A stretch of DNA of 53,605 nucleotides from a virus. Taxonomy: Duplodnaviria > Caudoviricetes. This document shows, piece by piece, positions 36,201 to 43,718 of the stretch (the first letter of the stretch is position 1; each line of letters starts with the position of its first letter). A model generated the notes under the pieces. It was not told the DNA's origin, did no database searches, and saw only the letters and a program-made list of their open reading frames with translations. A program made the translations under genes and the position numbers. The stretch lies in IMG/VR virus record IMGVR_UViG_3300009418_000023, positions 1-53,605 of that record; one strand, given 5' to 3'.

Positions 36201-37362
36201 TACCTTCAGCTAAAGCACCCTCAACGAAACCCTCTCCTGCATTAAGAGGAGAACTATATAACATTCCCCTTAAGCCTTTTGTTTTAGCTAGCCTTTTACC
36301 AAGATCTGGGGCAATCTTACTAAAGATAGTTGTGCCTATGTTTTCTGGAAGCCAGTCAACAATCTTAGCTATCTTTGTTGCATGTGTAGAAAGCTTAGTA
36401 ATATTAGTAATCCCTTTAGCAATAGTAGCAGCTCCGTGTACTTTTTTAAGTACCCGACCCGCAAAGAAGCCAGCCGCTATTGGCGCACCAACTCCAAGTG
36501 TTGCTGCTGTAATACCTAAACTAATAACAATAGAGGCAGGCATGTCTGGATCATTTATTAGACCGTCTCTAATAAAAGGCCACGCCGTAAGATTCCAAAA
36601 CTCTTCCATCCCTTCCATCTCTTTTTGGTGGAAGGAGATAGATTGCGCCACTGCCTTATGATCAATAGCCTCATTAATAAAATACATAAAGGCATCTGAG
36701 TTAGTAGCATCTTCTGTTATTTTCTTTAGTCCTTCTCTACCACCAAAATTAAGTTCAAGATAAGCAAGATGACCGGGGCTAGTATCAGCCATAATATCCA
36801 ACATCTTATCAGCACTATAGTTTTCTTGTACATACTCAAATAAATCTTCCGGCTGCTGAAACATTTGGGCAGCAAAACCAGAACCAACATCAACATATCT
36901 ACCAATATCTTTCCAATCACCACCAAACTTAAGCCAGTTACTTTTGGTTGATAAGAATGGCTCAAGAAAGCCTTTAGATGTATCAGATAATCCGGCTTCG
37001 CCCTTTGGATCTTCTATTAGTTCTTGACCCCGTAAAATTCTTTTTGCTGTTAGGTTCGATCTCGCTTGATTATATGTAAAGATACCTCTATGATAATCAT
37101 CTGCAAACGCCATTGATGTTGCAATATTAGCTGGTAGTGTTCCAAACGCATAACCATCCTCATAAGGTATTAGACCCGCACCATACTGTGATTCCCTACC
37201 TTGTTCATAAGGATCAAAAGGAAGTTCTTTTGCTAATCCCCATGCCTCATTTAGTCTCTTACTAAAAGGCGATACCCCTTCTTCATCCACCGCGTACTGT
37301 GACATATAAAACTCAGATAGCCGTGGCAGTTTTGTTGGAATATCAAACTCTGATCGTGGCAT
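21283..37362 (-). CDS. Giant internal virion (ejection) protein, 5359 aa, with putative virion RNA polymerase domain, DEDD exonuclease domain and degenerate zincin motif
   Basis: Last gene of the internal-virion block; AAGGAG RBS; coiled-coil region; YLDKKFNG, EDYY, REFWKPEVMRRLY, NQDAF; DIET/YNGNSFD/YISED; EEIGH...EEF. The ORF is certain, the domain calls are motif-based. Confidence 0.8.
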   Translation of the reverse strand: MPRSEFDIPTKLPRLSEFYMSQYAVDEEGVSPFSKRLNEAWGLAKELPFDPYEQGRESQYGAGLIPYEDGYAFGTLPANIATSMAFADDYHRGIFTYNQARSNLTAKRILRGQELIEDPKGEAGLSDTSKGFLEPFLSTKSNWLKFGGDWKDIGRYVDVGSGFAAQMFQQPEDLFEYVQENYSADKMLDIMADTSPGHLAYLELNFGGREGLKKITEDATNSDAFMYFINEAIDHKAVAQSISFHQKEMEGMEEFWNLTAWPFIRDGLINDPDMPASIVISLGITAATLGVGAPIAAGFFAGRVLKKVHGAATIAKGITNITKLSTHATKIAKIVDWLPENIGTTIFSKIAPDLGKRLAKTKGLRGMLYSSPLNAGEGFVEGALAEGINQTLKIKRGFIDEYDLGGIWAEAKMEAVFSVVANPILGTAMKYTVNAPLSAAGGIIGQGIMSLPLGARLRSSITEAWKAAARGSDNPILAAIEHYELGDSVVDSLNSIRQEGGDIDLNDLMDGPLGFVLDPWQIRDGVNTYDDVTSILSLLEEIKNDLDGEKISDDVLLDEIANRLIQRLGGPEAQTLAKQLGERTAIAKTRLRVARYVRKLNEENGTNFTPEEWLNQTDEISDEDLWEIYVDDNVESMVRVRMDKEGLNFDTATAAEKLKVVHDIEVEVEEKFREKEEKLKLSLEANTTELERLKQKAEDVDSLIQAKEEEEDSVLVDIAIKKRGDVTLTKEEEKIYNEHKEAVDRIIKKQIKESPQLAPKKPSTLRRKVSLMRAARKRAKRLKEAGVAQAEREKAMAGIQDKVERKGKIQAQITGIVESFAGEIFRMGFYWKHSKTGKISHKRKKGMEKVEIDREKVTTVEELFELEDFASKKETVRQLTVAIKKIDAEIKEVTDKVPETDWEISDRIAKKIIADKKLTEEEEAWRKKDLEGEGLVNARIDSLRAQEGEQQSAVVQTTKEKEEAESLKAALEEEREGTTDPKIRNKLDELIAEMDELISEFDESIAAWQDVESDSEALRDVKKEIGELTEKVKEIRDAIDTKYVGEKGKRISKLSLVVGTLSKTFVDTIAAEAEAGKHPKWRQKGEMDKNDVSPEEWADLEEAVQTWETIKSNEKNKASLLEGIKSGRVKLDDLRALALGLIGMQNEIFTKVIQPSDEYRQLEKLEEDMKRLDRKREKISLRYKLDMARKYGFASYQLKTIRAVLDYRNKELKTLTIRRHVLTKKLETTETISAEDLLGAFLPESATKDRVKKEIDERADSDEDPIVYSKEEALAIFEEAAKERETYIKSIKRNYFKDVNWSRVSNRPITASQWGINQATEAPAIDRTNTEAANKTAINKESIDRGIVPEEYAFTLAEELMALQEFHSQLISVLEGPWGRALDPEVGLVPIFVVDSCLPDGIYDAVFREVIVNAEGEEFPSNRTMEDLSLEYDTLFVRLDKLIALVTRRIMRANGDLKAISKESLTDLVRRIRGRRLVAKEGDAKVQKVLQRIEEKGEKWRIHEANSWVAEIRTALQDGRINELEARQIIHKLFKAFESEEGQLGLFRYISGINNRLEAEGKTLVSPDLTDWGFVQDVRALTLAGEGGFPKNLLKSLLHDFKGDEGLVTFIKKRDTAHQAVIAKNAETRATEEDVMVYDRDPKSKIGLYTAIAFTDRLMKASRAVDDDLFNQYGFLIDLTDNLSPDLDQTITFDLDDPESRAEAEMKYLEEVRKGIVEQLEVLFMQSQRQKKDIYAYFKIPEDLKDLDRIASIILDRLAEGDNEHTLITRDEIISMGDGTRGWQPARRLGWELVDFALVTRLKTKEIVTKRRKSPEYRSERKEENRFDEPQEGETVRTHPMLRGHMTSFAPERPEAVALVIEDAIVRKRLEFIFTEEIDENDIIEYNAYLEDKDGAVPGRPVSRSLQPDARLLPPIINVRLNDRITTREELKNILSEVLLDTANIAYAFLHDARWAAGPGLVYTSEGDAAFKMIHPELTTGLPTIVPMSGISSILALESMNMHLEGLANDVIQQATEAEQAYAKEHYKEFGPKYWENPEFYKRILSPKTYLDKKFNGLFVTKILSLGSEAAITAMGELRNKMNMSIEAEDYYIRAGLGFAETVRRKALAHPEYGELLSPMVTFYDQLATLGIDDHTKYTDYVSNEGSDPDMVRKMKLMREFWKPEVMRRLYTMGWKGWVELQTDPMFVGILTRLRQEFGFNFKDQSEGISHVMALFGHSIFDHIAGENAAVIDVALGIEGLREEARKILSMHENMTDRHITDWISTVKSMRNKEIKKTDQNNPAMKRDYLRRQLDLNIAMLAKREMMIGPDGERVQMTVEAFKEKYKNSRLMKADAIIRKADARAKPGEGGKLTLAEREEVGQLLQPKGMHWKHNQLFRALNTVNSTGFRVAVDVLKAQAATNHQRFNEEDLLGIQNFILYQIFLPGLESYRTYSASSNMNRHHHNTMFARIQTNQDAFKSFVAEEIRDEDWDNPAKIGRKIMEWSENPYEYVNGKQVFVDVEGESPLGQWRMEDNPHQKIPVRDKNGKVRLDKYGNPIMRMVDFDNDAEVAEWHKRMDHTIAVLMMRNEMLLRVTEPEKPPLSKYKAEDNMDELEAEVLSQWWEHSQEAAIDHTNAQRLQQDSVRNADGSRNQASIDYFSKGIGLLVPVAGHPMTFRGSAEHTMTELRHDTEDMVFESTDKPRGYMSWAPETRRMPYHNKGNLYLQNKAYHAAEREMMSPIEEVSAMLDQPLENPDHLIPVTSRGFEKPWNRETLPMGPDVKSDYLDYLMGLDANAPEMVANVVEMKMSKWAIERGFEAEMLDPEMVPYLYLVYRFDQKLEHEMDQIISAVRYGDKGLTNEEKLLQARNTYLEGFHALFQLSRDIRYKEMSSLLMETKGHEIGILNPDLADRTLYDILTSPYSENNPFSVLSGPTLIHKALKKSLVPTEHFIIEEGVNPGETIKLEETAIHPLLVQSVDELEFLVGVLWDGYISEAIETYIGIVKEPALKKQLRVIANQRDIQSFNAIPPDHREAIINVAREKAVLANDPVFSFDFIVESVEGRNDLVKLIQQQPTKDERTDKMILRNPMGGPFTMLMRVPRTVIGTNMKLGITPMGALLMLSSHKNYPFIERIETAMRTNKPTGRYRSNAEGKPELVRSDAEEMADYFGYSETEKMNRERVLSEAMEIIVDRVESGHTVAHMLVDGSRSSGNIKPRVVDWINYYRPDAGLRPNALPFFIESLISPITTAMKRLSSLGLLEMNIMARAAPERTMWSQHNPTKAVEILTSLGLDEAEAANIIEIQSNPNWIYDTDNVISIDIETTMDLEQRIVGIGGVERTLEAAGRVGFKKGKHFSPTRSVSGSEARALLKMLKQHLLAGGKVVTYNGNSFDLRKLGILANDLNTAQIVAELSIDLMQNNMLADSKFLGGDITQSLNWTLNSLLKGLKLGEKSEEGMFAAALKKRGTRVNGEPVVVTEKDLSLAFERSGSPIQADAIRRKIAEINERSPEASMDLYNKYISEDAEFNEKILKELVRRTTPVDIEAASEGPFRGTVKGKAKTTFKTIVPTWNIEMEHSSPHSQANSRGLSLIHDLTGVRESYMDVYTDGVDLEHRTIQELLVTTLQLTDGNIKNPATIRAIILGLMLRQPDIEMGEVRVFFPLMSRETAAEKEKFDADVSSAYLRVKGEFNQLMSILNATDSQQFNDFYWDARSYVDQISEGERTVSGDSDITIDFLAYLQEIYDIEDMSTEMHSSAEAALASVLDTHVFDRDPDLFNELHLKSRDLRNHDNFSSAVPELGKLSLKIKEAVDGGRLSEAQARMIRAILGKWFKYAPDMVLEVNFEFLDSEWVDNSGKQRRGSAEKSGGRYTIRIGNQLVGRRDALSVAYLVAEEIGHIGRMMFIENDSYHYREWRTLFLRERSKQGGGTLKKLVMAFHNGQWNKAAQDEYARIMNDTTGEEFIAALTGYHLVHDSLELLRQVEANTPLTSEEAGFFAKTQTIIDKIFAFIGKILDRVSSVFSDFKSTEPAEYERAINLIRRTLGQDATKTSRNTIADVGNPDMGPLYMSTEGTQQQSTVENTENELLATLQSLDEVKRRMGELEDAIHHNFYTPEAPESESGKFEKEWEELSKERGQLENRRDTLGGNKITPLGITTGEFLIGRENLKNQYSVRSGDFSVETYGPDLLDVKRIFVEGTPHDQQILATQILMDMTKMMRGNDGRFMAEATKAIQQLPYFNRPGGIGSKVKQFMTMLATGSTESGATWNSPFTLLVMLSTMIDNSMSTMAGHWGNMDGIPHVLGSVQQIDQISTEIRNSMERVYDDIIGPIESTVRFRTQVLGNTAGNEKTRDTFAKEVWTKLVKQMAGEAYEYTDALLVNSTELRKEADNIVTNYAALLGIVNHMGVEVGVMDRAFDEAIPFMFANAKVQDQPVYNNFREEMGKVIGDRIVTESQNIDLKTRRMCPYTLYAMGELPHLADPEVGLKELAELETKNPQLWKEIMAMAELMRQRQSERSTSYDSTLTRLASIKTNEEYRSLLTNKTSTIEQHNTYVNYVIPAIAQIMRYMRYKKNKFSADYLGFNSENTRITAGWWSKYRAEAKKPNQARLDILRGQSIDSRLATLGVVEGKSARQQSPTISSPVSVHVANIMNGAGRKIYFSNDWAIPPVHEVMNNPAIADMLVWGPETISDGIMKHLGQRIAEQSMYMDKYGIKATTGDVLGIFRNVLGMGNLFNSDGSRISAKDSDILTKAMGVLEIKYNTILGKQESNRDSADETLNFITRYAPDVVRIVFGTNLTMATLVVENTMNMIDQLLGRGSMGGFIKAAVAPLMGLDPNIRKNVARDMAEIIRIFNQGRIPDYARPDIDVRSEWYQRLPQWLGERNMHLAGILHQMIATSRATIFRGWLQQATVGGDGSKLKEFLRLHKQVDPKEWDTVDGRKIISKLMSRVGLPGTDAANIMYLMNEGVLTNDNVDILAKMVNSPKGDEYYSLGGLLTNLNKGEAWEGGPQWATTDPEYKQYLDIISGLRRAEKRYIHEILVDPNPFDTATGNSSWDLIFETFRRYPVLFASQQIGRRNQRFSLRRNALHWVSYAMVDSLYMSLLLVAAGYPVEDIIEGWEEDPVKQSLFMMARLPHFGRYIGLLMETVVGIYANTHREAFGFVPVGAMNSFLYNVKKLIDGWTDDEKDTDWASMIMLTRTLPVIGDALTRIIFFSAMGEEWQRQNNSMSRGAKSSNKKWATYGSFSETSNLPQYAADLREILRELGWEPKFENLPPAIQQQLLQGYNPSGATGTPKMQYPNPAATPAPAPKTTAPSVPSQAPAAPTPRPMRRDIVGAIRETRPERAPESLVGAPVGSPEWEDRERKAQQRRYDRDAGIID

Positions 37363-37400
37363 TTAGTTCTCCTTAAAGAATAAGTAGGTTAGTAGAAGGA

Positions 37401-40400
37401 TCATTGGTGTCTATTGCGTATTGTCTCCTGAATATCAGGCAATACCTCCCCGAGTTTTTCGCCAATTTTTTCGCCAATTTTTCCAGCAGCTGTTTCGGGT
37501 ATGGCCTCTTTTAGAATGTCGACAAAGACTTTCATATGTGGGGGTAAGACTGCATAAGCAGCCTCCCAAGTAGCTGGATCATTCCTAATTGGTTGCAGGG
37601 TTTCAATCAGATTATTCCACCAATGAGGATACTCCCCATTATTATAGTATCTGTATTGTTCAACGCTATCCTTTATGTTTGTTTTCATCTCTTCTATTAA
37701 TGCGTCTCTCTCCGTCTTATCTCCTGTTGCACCAGCAATAGTACTCAATGCTTGATTAATAATCATGTTTGTACGGCCTACCGGTCCATGTTTGGGTGCT
37801 CCTGCAGCGACATCTATAGCAAACCCAACAAGCATAAGAATTTTTCTTACTTTTCCACCTGTAACTTTATCAAGATTTTCCTCCAAACCCTCCAGATCAA
37901 GACCACCTTCGTCGATGATCCCCCAATCCTCTAAGAGCTGTACTGTGTTTGCTAGAGCCAGAGTATTCATAAATACACCCTCAGCAATAGCCCCACCTAA
38001 CGTGCTGTTTAGTTGATCATCTGCAAGAAGTTGATCTACCCTTTCTTGCTGTGCTACTCTTCGATCTATCATATCATTACTCAACTCCCAACCAAGACCC
38101 CGTATAATTCTTTCTCTGCCCCCAATACCTTGTACAACAATATCAAATTTTGGATTAGCTCCCCGTTTTCCTCTTCTTCCAGCAGGATCTGGGGCTCTTA
38201 CTTCTGTAATAAGCCTAGAGCTAGTTCTTATCATTAATCTACCATAATCGTCTGTTCCATACCCGGATTGAAACAGCCCCATCTCTTCAGCGTAAGCTTC
38301 TATCTTTTCCCCGCCCACTCTATCATCTAGTATAAACTTACGCATAGCACCTATGGACCAGTCTAGCATAGTTCTAGCTGTCCACTTATTGTCTTGACTT
38401 CCCCACGATGCTCTTTCTTGTTCCCACATAGGTTCCAGTATTTCTTCTTTAAATACTTCAAAACCTTTAGGATCATCGGGATCCATCCCAATAGCGGGCA
38501 AATACACGCCAAAAGTATTTACCATGTTTTGCCACGTTATCAGGTTTATATGCTCTTCTGCTCCCTCTACTAAAGATAGGTTCTCTCTAGTTCGTTCTCT
38601 TGCAGGAATCCATACAACATGAGATGAATTATCTCCTGTTACATAGTGAGATACGGTTCTAGCATCTTTTTCATCCTTATCTAAAGAAGGCAGAATTTTA
38701 TGAATACCGATTCCCTTACCCGGCATAAAACCCATTTCAATAGTCTGACCGTTATCGTCTCTTCTTACAGGCACCATGGTAACTTCCAGTAGTCCTAACG
38801 AACCCTCAATTTGGTTAATTATTTGGGACATACGTAATTTAGTACCAGAGGTACTACGAATACTGTGTGAAAGTATCATAGATTCCATCATATCTCTGGT
38901 TGTCGGATTATTCGTGTACATGTTAAAAATAGAAAGAACTTTGCCTCGGGATGTTGGGTGCTCTACGCCAAGAAGAATTTCTTTTGAGTTTTCACTTAAC
39001 GCGTCATACTCAGTCTTCCACTGTTCCCCGTCATCGTCTCCATGATATATTATACGCAGATCCTCTAAATCATTCTGCGCTCTTGGTTTTAAGTTCCACG
39101 ACTGATCTCCGGGCATCCATGACCAGTCCCTTGTTGCTAGTGGTCCAGTTAGTCTATTTAAAGAATGTTTCATAGCCTGATACGAGGTTTCTGTTGTTCC
39201 TTGAATCACCTCTGGGCTTACTAAATACATTAGTGTATTTATCTGATGAAGATTGTGATCACTCATACTATCGAATAAAAGTTTCATAGCATACTCAGGA
39301 CTAACGGAAACAGTTTTACCATCCTGAGAGATTTCCATTGTCTCCAGTTCTGGTGTCATAGTATATCGTACAGCTTCATCTAAAAACTCCCACATAGACT
39401 TTCCCATCGCAGCAGAAGAGTCGTTCAAAGCAACACCAAGGTTTGCAGATACACCCCTAAGATATTCTGCAAAGAATGAGTCATCGCCCAAACCCTCAAA
39501 TATTCTATTAATTAGATTCAGACCATCGCCTCTAGTAGCTCCCGCTATTCTTCTTAGGTCTCCTAATACAGCTAAAGACACCAGCATTTTAGAAGCAGCT
39601 TCTGGGTTCGTTAGAAGCTCTTCTGTATCCATTAATGCTCCTGTTCCATATTCAGATTTTAAAAGCTGCATAGACTCTATCATAGCGTCTCCATATGCTC
39701 TATAAAATGAAGGAGTCTCTTTATATTTGTGTATGGAGTTGTCATGCATAATCCAAGCTCCAATACCGTACATCCTTAGGGGATCCATATCCACACGTTG
39801 TCCGTCCTCTCCTACATCAAAGAACTTAATACCTAAGTCTCCATTTTCCATAATATCTTCTATATGAAGGATATTAATATCTACATCCTCAGGTAGTCCC
39901 ATGCCTGCACGCAGCATAGCATTAGCATCAGCATTTATTTGCTTAACTGCAGCTATAATACTTTCCTGAACCTGTGGAGCTAAAGCATTCCAGCCGTTAT
40001 CTTTAATAAATCTACTAAGATGAGCACCATCATCACTACTGGCAGGGTCTATAAGGTACGACTCCATAGTACTGCCCCATGAAACTTTAGTACTCCGCGC
40101 TGCTTCTGACATAGATTGCTTATCTCTTACATTATCCCATATCCTATCGGTTTCTTCACTAACCTTAAACGCCTTAAAACTATCACTGTAGGTTCGCAGG
40201 ATAAGCATATTTGTATCATGAGAGAACTCACCCTGACTTGCTCGTAGTACATAGTTTTCAATAGCCGTATTCCACTCACTTATAGGAGTATCAAGATCTC
40301 TTACATTTGGTATATCCTTTAGGTTTATAATTTCGCTAAATATTCTAGCAGTATTCCAAATCCTCCTTTCATCTAAGGTTCTAGGCCTATTGATCCTTTG

Positions 40401-41693
40401 TTTCTCTGCTAACAATTCTAGCATCTCTTCGTTGTTTAAACTATACTCTACTAATGATGCATCCATATCCATGAGAATACTATCATAATACGCAGTCATT
40501 GGATCATCTGGATCCATCTTATCAATAGCCAACGCTAACGCTTGTCGTTTTATTTTCCAAGTGTTTGCTTCCATATCCTGTATACCTAAGTCTAAGAACA
40601 TATCTATAATATGTTTAGCTTCTGTTGTTTTAGCTGGTGTCTCTTCCCTTCGTCTTACTTGATTATCTAGCATAGCTTGCGCATTATCACCAATATCTTT
40701 AGTTAAGAATATTGGCTCAGTTAGATCTGGCTTTTGGAACGTTATATATGATGCAATAGCATCTTTAAGTTTCCCTATATTGCCAAGTAACTCTTCAGAC
40801 TCTATGAGGCTAGTACGCTCTTCTTCACTCATAGCCTGAATCCGCTCACCTAAAAATCCATCTTCTCCAAAGAAGTCTCCAACCTCCGTTAGATTATTTA
40901 CTTGAAACTGGACAAACTCATCCCACTCTTCTTCCCCCCATATTTGTGCAAAGTAATCTGTAAGCGGGGAATATTCACCCTCTACAAATAATTCTTCTAC
41001 CAACAACCAAGTGTCACACTCTTCTACAATCTGAAGATCAAAATCATGATCTTGCTCAACCATACGGACTTCATTATTAGCTTTTTGGTGTTCTTGTCTT
41101 CTGATTTGACTAGACATACTATCTACCCACTTAACAACACTCTCTGCATCAATCGGCCCAGTTCCTCTCATTAAAGCTTCTGCGGGGCCGAGAGGTATGG
41201 TTTTACCTGTTTCATCAAACTGGTGAGGCCCTGCGATCCCCAGCTTGTGCAGTCCATAAGGATCTCTAACATTAGGAGCAACGCCACCAGTGTCCTGATA
41301 AAAAATATCTAGACCGGTTTCAACAAAAACTTCTCTTCTTAACCTTTCCTCTTCGGGCTTCAGATGACCCGTCCATCCATACGCACTGGGCCGCTGATGT
41401 TCCCACTCCCCACTCTCCAAAAGCCTTGCTCCAGTGTCCGTACTTCCTCTTGTATAACGCCAATTTTGTCTCGTAGAAGAAAGAGTTTCAGTAGGTACTG
41501 TTAACATCTCATCTAATTTTTGCTGTCCTTTAGCTTCTCTAAGTCTTGTATTCCACGGAGGCTCGGGAGACCTCATCATCAGACTCCTTCGCGACATAGG
41601 TGTTGATTGCTCTAGATTATTTTTTCTGTTATTCCCTAGCATATTATCTATGAGTGTGTCATATTTCTTATCATTAATTGGTAAACTAGGCAT
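37401..41693 (-). CDS. Large internal virion protein (gp15-position), 1430 aa
   Basis: Large ORF directly upstream of the giant protein; GGAGG RBS. Function inferred from position only. Confidence 0.6.
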   Translation of the reverse strand: MPSLPINDKKYDTLIDNMLGNNRKNNLEQSTPMSRRSLMMRSPEPPWNTRLREAKGQQKLDEMLTVPTETLSSTRQNWRYTRGSTDTGARLLESGEWEHQRPSAYGWTGHLKPEEERLRREVFVETGLDIFYQDTGGVAPNVRDPYGLHKLGIAGPHQFDETGKTIPLGPAEALMRGTGPIDAESVVKWVDSMSSQIRRQEHQKANNEVRMVEQDHDFDLQIVEECDTWLLVEELFVEGEYSPLTDYFAQIWGEEEWDEFVQFQVNNLTEVGDFFGEDGFLGERIQAMSEEERTSLIESEELLGNIGKLKDAIASYITFQKPDLTEPIFLTKDIGDNAQAMLDNQVRRREETPAKTTEAKHIIDMFLDLGIQDMEANTWKIKRQALALAIDKMDPDDPMTAYYDSILMDMDASLVEYSLNNEEMLELLAEKQRINRPRTLDERRIWNTARIFSEIINLKDIPNVRDLDTPISEWNTAIENYVLRASQGEFSHDTNMLILRTYSDSFKAFKVSEETDRIWDNVRDKQSMSEAARSTKVSWGSTMESYLIDPASSDDGAHLSRFIKDNGWNALAPQVQESIIAAVKQINADANAMLRAGMGLPEDVDINILHIEDIMENGDLGIKFFDVGEDGQRVDMDPLRMYGIGAWIMHDNSIHKYKETPSFYRAYGDAMIESMQLLKSEYGTGALMDTEELLTNPEAASKMLVSLAVLGDLRRIAGATRGDGLNLINRIFEGLGDDSFFAEYLRGVSANLGVALNDSSAAMGKSMWEFLDEAVRYTMTPELETMEISQDGKTVSVSPEYAMKLLFDSMSDHNLHQINTLMYLVSPEVIQGTTETSYQAMKHSLNRLTGPLATRDWSWMPGDQSWNLKPRAQNDLEDLRIIYHGDDDGEQWKTEYDALSENSKEILLGVEHPTSRGKVLSIFNMYTNNPTTRDMMESMILSHSIRSTSGTKLRMSQIINQIEGSLGLLEVTMVPVRRDDNGQTIEMGFMPGKGIGIHKILPSLDKDEKDARTVSHYVTGDNSSHVVWIPARERTRENLSLVEGAEEHINLITWQNMVNTFGVYLPAIGMDPDDPKGFEVFKEEILEPMWEQERASWGSQDNKWTARTMLDWSIGAMRKFILDDRVGGEKIEAYAEEMGLFQSGYGTDDYGRLMIRTSSRLITEVRAPDPAGRRGKRGANPKFDIVVQGIGGRERIIRGLGWELSNDMIDRRVAQQERVDQLLADDQLNSTLGGAIAEGVFMNTLALANTVQLLEDWGIIDEGGLDLEGLEENLDKVTGGKVRKILMLVGFAIDVAAGAPKHGPVGRTNMIINQALSTIAGATGDKTERDALIEEMKTNIKDSVEQYRYYNNGEYPHWWNNLIETLQPIRNDPATWEAAYAVLPPHMKVFVDILKEAIPETAAGKIGEKIGEKLGEVLPDIQETIRNRHQ

Positions 41694-42682
41694 CAGCTAC
41701 CTCCCTTCAGCTTACGTAGGCGTGCAAAAAGTAATTCCTTTTGTTCCTTGAGTCGTTTCTCTGCCAAGCTACCCTCAAGAACAACCTTCTGATATTGAGA
41801 AAGATCTTCAAGTCTAGCTATAGCTTGATCTCTATCCAGCTTACTAATTTCTTCATTTGTTATCCATTTATATTTTCGCTTAGGATCTTCATAAATGTTT
41901 TCTATACCAACTACCCCAAAACCAGTACGTTTTTCTACGGGAAGGATACGTTCTGTATTAAGAATCTCAGTTAATTCTTCTTCATATGCATCTCGTTCCG
42001 CTTTTTGTGCAGCTATATCAGGGGCCGAAAGATCTACTTGTTTTATAATCTCATCAACGCTTCTCATCAAACCGATTCTCTCCTGCTCTTTCTGAGCTAA
42101 AGACTCTTGTAGAGCTATACTTTGTCTCTTATTAAAAGCATCTCTACGAGCCTGTATCTTAGCATCCTCATCAGCTTCCTTAGCGTCTTCCTCATACAGT
42201 TGCCGTTTTGCTTCTCTGTCCTCATCTTCCCCTCTAGCTACCCCTATTGCGGCTATTAAATCTAATTGCTCTTGAGCTAAGTCCTTTGCTTCTTGCATAT
42301 TATTTGTATGCCCAACGAAATCTCCTGCTATAGCTTCCTTTCCCTCCGCAACAGTCATGATTCTGCCATTGATTCTAGCATCATTCTCCCCAAGAGTATG
42401 GCTATACTCCTGTGCTTCTACCCCTGCGTCATTGCCCGCCGCCACTCTATCCTTTTTGTTTTGTTCATTCTGCTTTCTCCAGTAATCAAAAAGCTTAGTA
42501 GCCTGACTTAGGAAAGCAGCTCCGTTTTGCCATGCTTCCATCATTTTCGTATGATAGAATATAGCAGCTCCGTTAGCGTTTTGTGTACGCTGTACCTGAC
42601 TAACTGGAGTCAGTCCCATTACCTTTAAGGATCTATCTACTTCCGGAGTACCCGGAGGATTAATCTGCATAACACTAGACAT
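41693..42682 (-). CDS. Coiled-coil protein, putative virion component
   Basis: Charged, helical composition; packed within the internal-virion block. Confidence 0.55.
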   Translation of the reverse strand: MSSVMQINPPGTPEVDRSLKVMGLTPVSQVQRTQNANGAAIFYHTKMMEAWQNGAAFLSQATKLFDYWRKQNEQNKKDRVAAGNDAGVEAQEYSHTLGENDARINGRIMTVAEGKEAIAGDFVGHTNNMQEAKDLAQEQLDLIAAIGVARGEDEDREAKRQLYEEDAKEADEDAKIQARRDAFNKRQSIALQESLAQKEQERIGLMRSVDEIIKQVDLSAPDIAAQKAERDAYEEELTEILNTERILPVEKRTGFGVVGIENIYEDPKRKYKWITNEEISKLDRDQAIARLEDLSQYQKVVLEGSLAEKRLKEQKELLFARLRKLKGGS

Positions 42683-43718
42683 TTTTTACCCCCCTTTTTT
42701 CTGAGGTTTGAAGTAGACCTTCCCATTTTTTAATAAAGTCAAATATAAGATCGTGTTCATTAGTATATATGTTTTGATCAATAGCTTTAGTTACAACCTT
42801 TTCAAGTCCTTGATTAACGGCTGCTACTGGATCAAACTGTAACTGGGCATAGTCTAAGATAATATTATTATGGTGCTCAGTAAAGTTATTACCTAGTGTA
42901 TCTAGCTTATCAAACAACACTCTTTTGTTTTCCCTATCTAATAATTGATACTCTTGTTCAGCTTCTTTGTATTTAGGAGCTAGCATCTTATCAATCATAT
43001 TATAGTTATCAGAGTATAGTATGTATTCTTCTTGGGGATCTATAGGATTATAGTCTTCTTGTACAAGAGAATATATAGGAACCAGAGCACCTTGAACAGA
43101 TACAGCAATCCTACCTGCCTCATCCGTATGTATCTCATCTGGAGTATATCCATACTGTATCGCAGAGTATAAGTCTTCAGAGTGTATCCTTCGGCCTACA
43201 GCATGAGATAGTTTAAAATCATCTCTTGTAGTAATGTGATTAACTGCGTCTTCTGTATTTAGTTTATTATTAATTCTACTAAGCTCTAAAGCCCTACCTT
43301 CTCCCATTATACGACTACGCTCAATATCCATTTCATATTCTTTTTGTAGCCACGAAGGCCACGAAGAAGCGTTATTCTTAAAGTAATCTCCCCGTTCAGA
43401 ATCTGATGGAAGCTGGTCAAGCTCTCTATTTATACGGTTAGTTGTATCACTTTTAAAAGATGAGCCCGGATATGCCTGCTCTTCTAGTTCCCACATTTTA
43501 TCATTAATATCTGGATGAGAGATAACGTCTCTGGTTTCTCGTTTGAATACTCTATAACGATCCTTTGGACTTAGGTTTGCAGGTATGCTGTTTAATGCAG
43601 TCTTACTAGCATCTAGCTGGGCTTTAGCAAGAAGCTGCTTAGGTGTAACAGTTTCTCGCGGAGTACCTTTAGCTATCATTTGAAGTGTATTATAATCAGC
43701 CACTGCTACCTCCTCCAA
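42675..43718 (-). CDS. Hypothetical protein, putative virion component
   Basis: Packed operon; start uncertain. Confidence 0.55.
   Translation of the reverse strand: MEEVAVADYNTLQMIAKGTPRETVTPKQLLAKAQLDASKTALNSIPANLSPKDRYRVFKRETRDVISHPDINDKMWELEEQAYPGSSFKSDTTNRINRELDQLPSDSERGDYFKNNASSWPSWLQKEYEMDIERSRIMGEGRALELSRINNKLNTEDAVNHITTRDDFKLSHAVGRRIHSEDLYSAIQYGYTPDEIHTDEAGRIAVSVQGALVPIYSLVQEDYNPIDPQEEYILYSDNYNMIDKMLAPKYKEAEQEYQLLDRENKRVLFDKLDTLGNNFTEHHNNIILDYAQLQFDPVAAVNQGLEKVVTKAIDQNIYTNEHDLIFDFIKKWEGLLQTSEKRGVKNV

Noticed and set aside
37450-37485. 12-bp tandem repeat encoding KIGEKIGEKLGE
   Set aside because: A short coding microduplication with no evidence of function.
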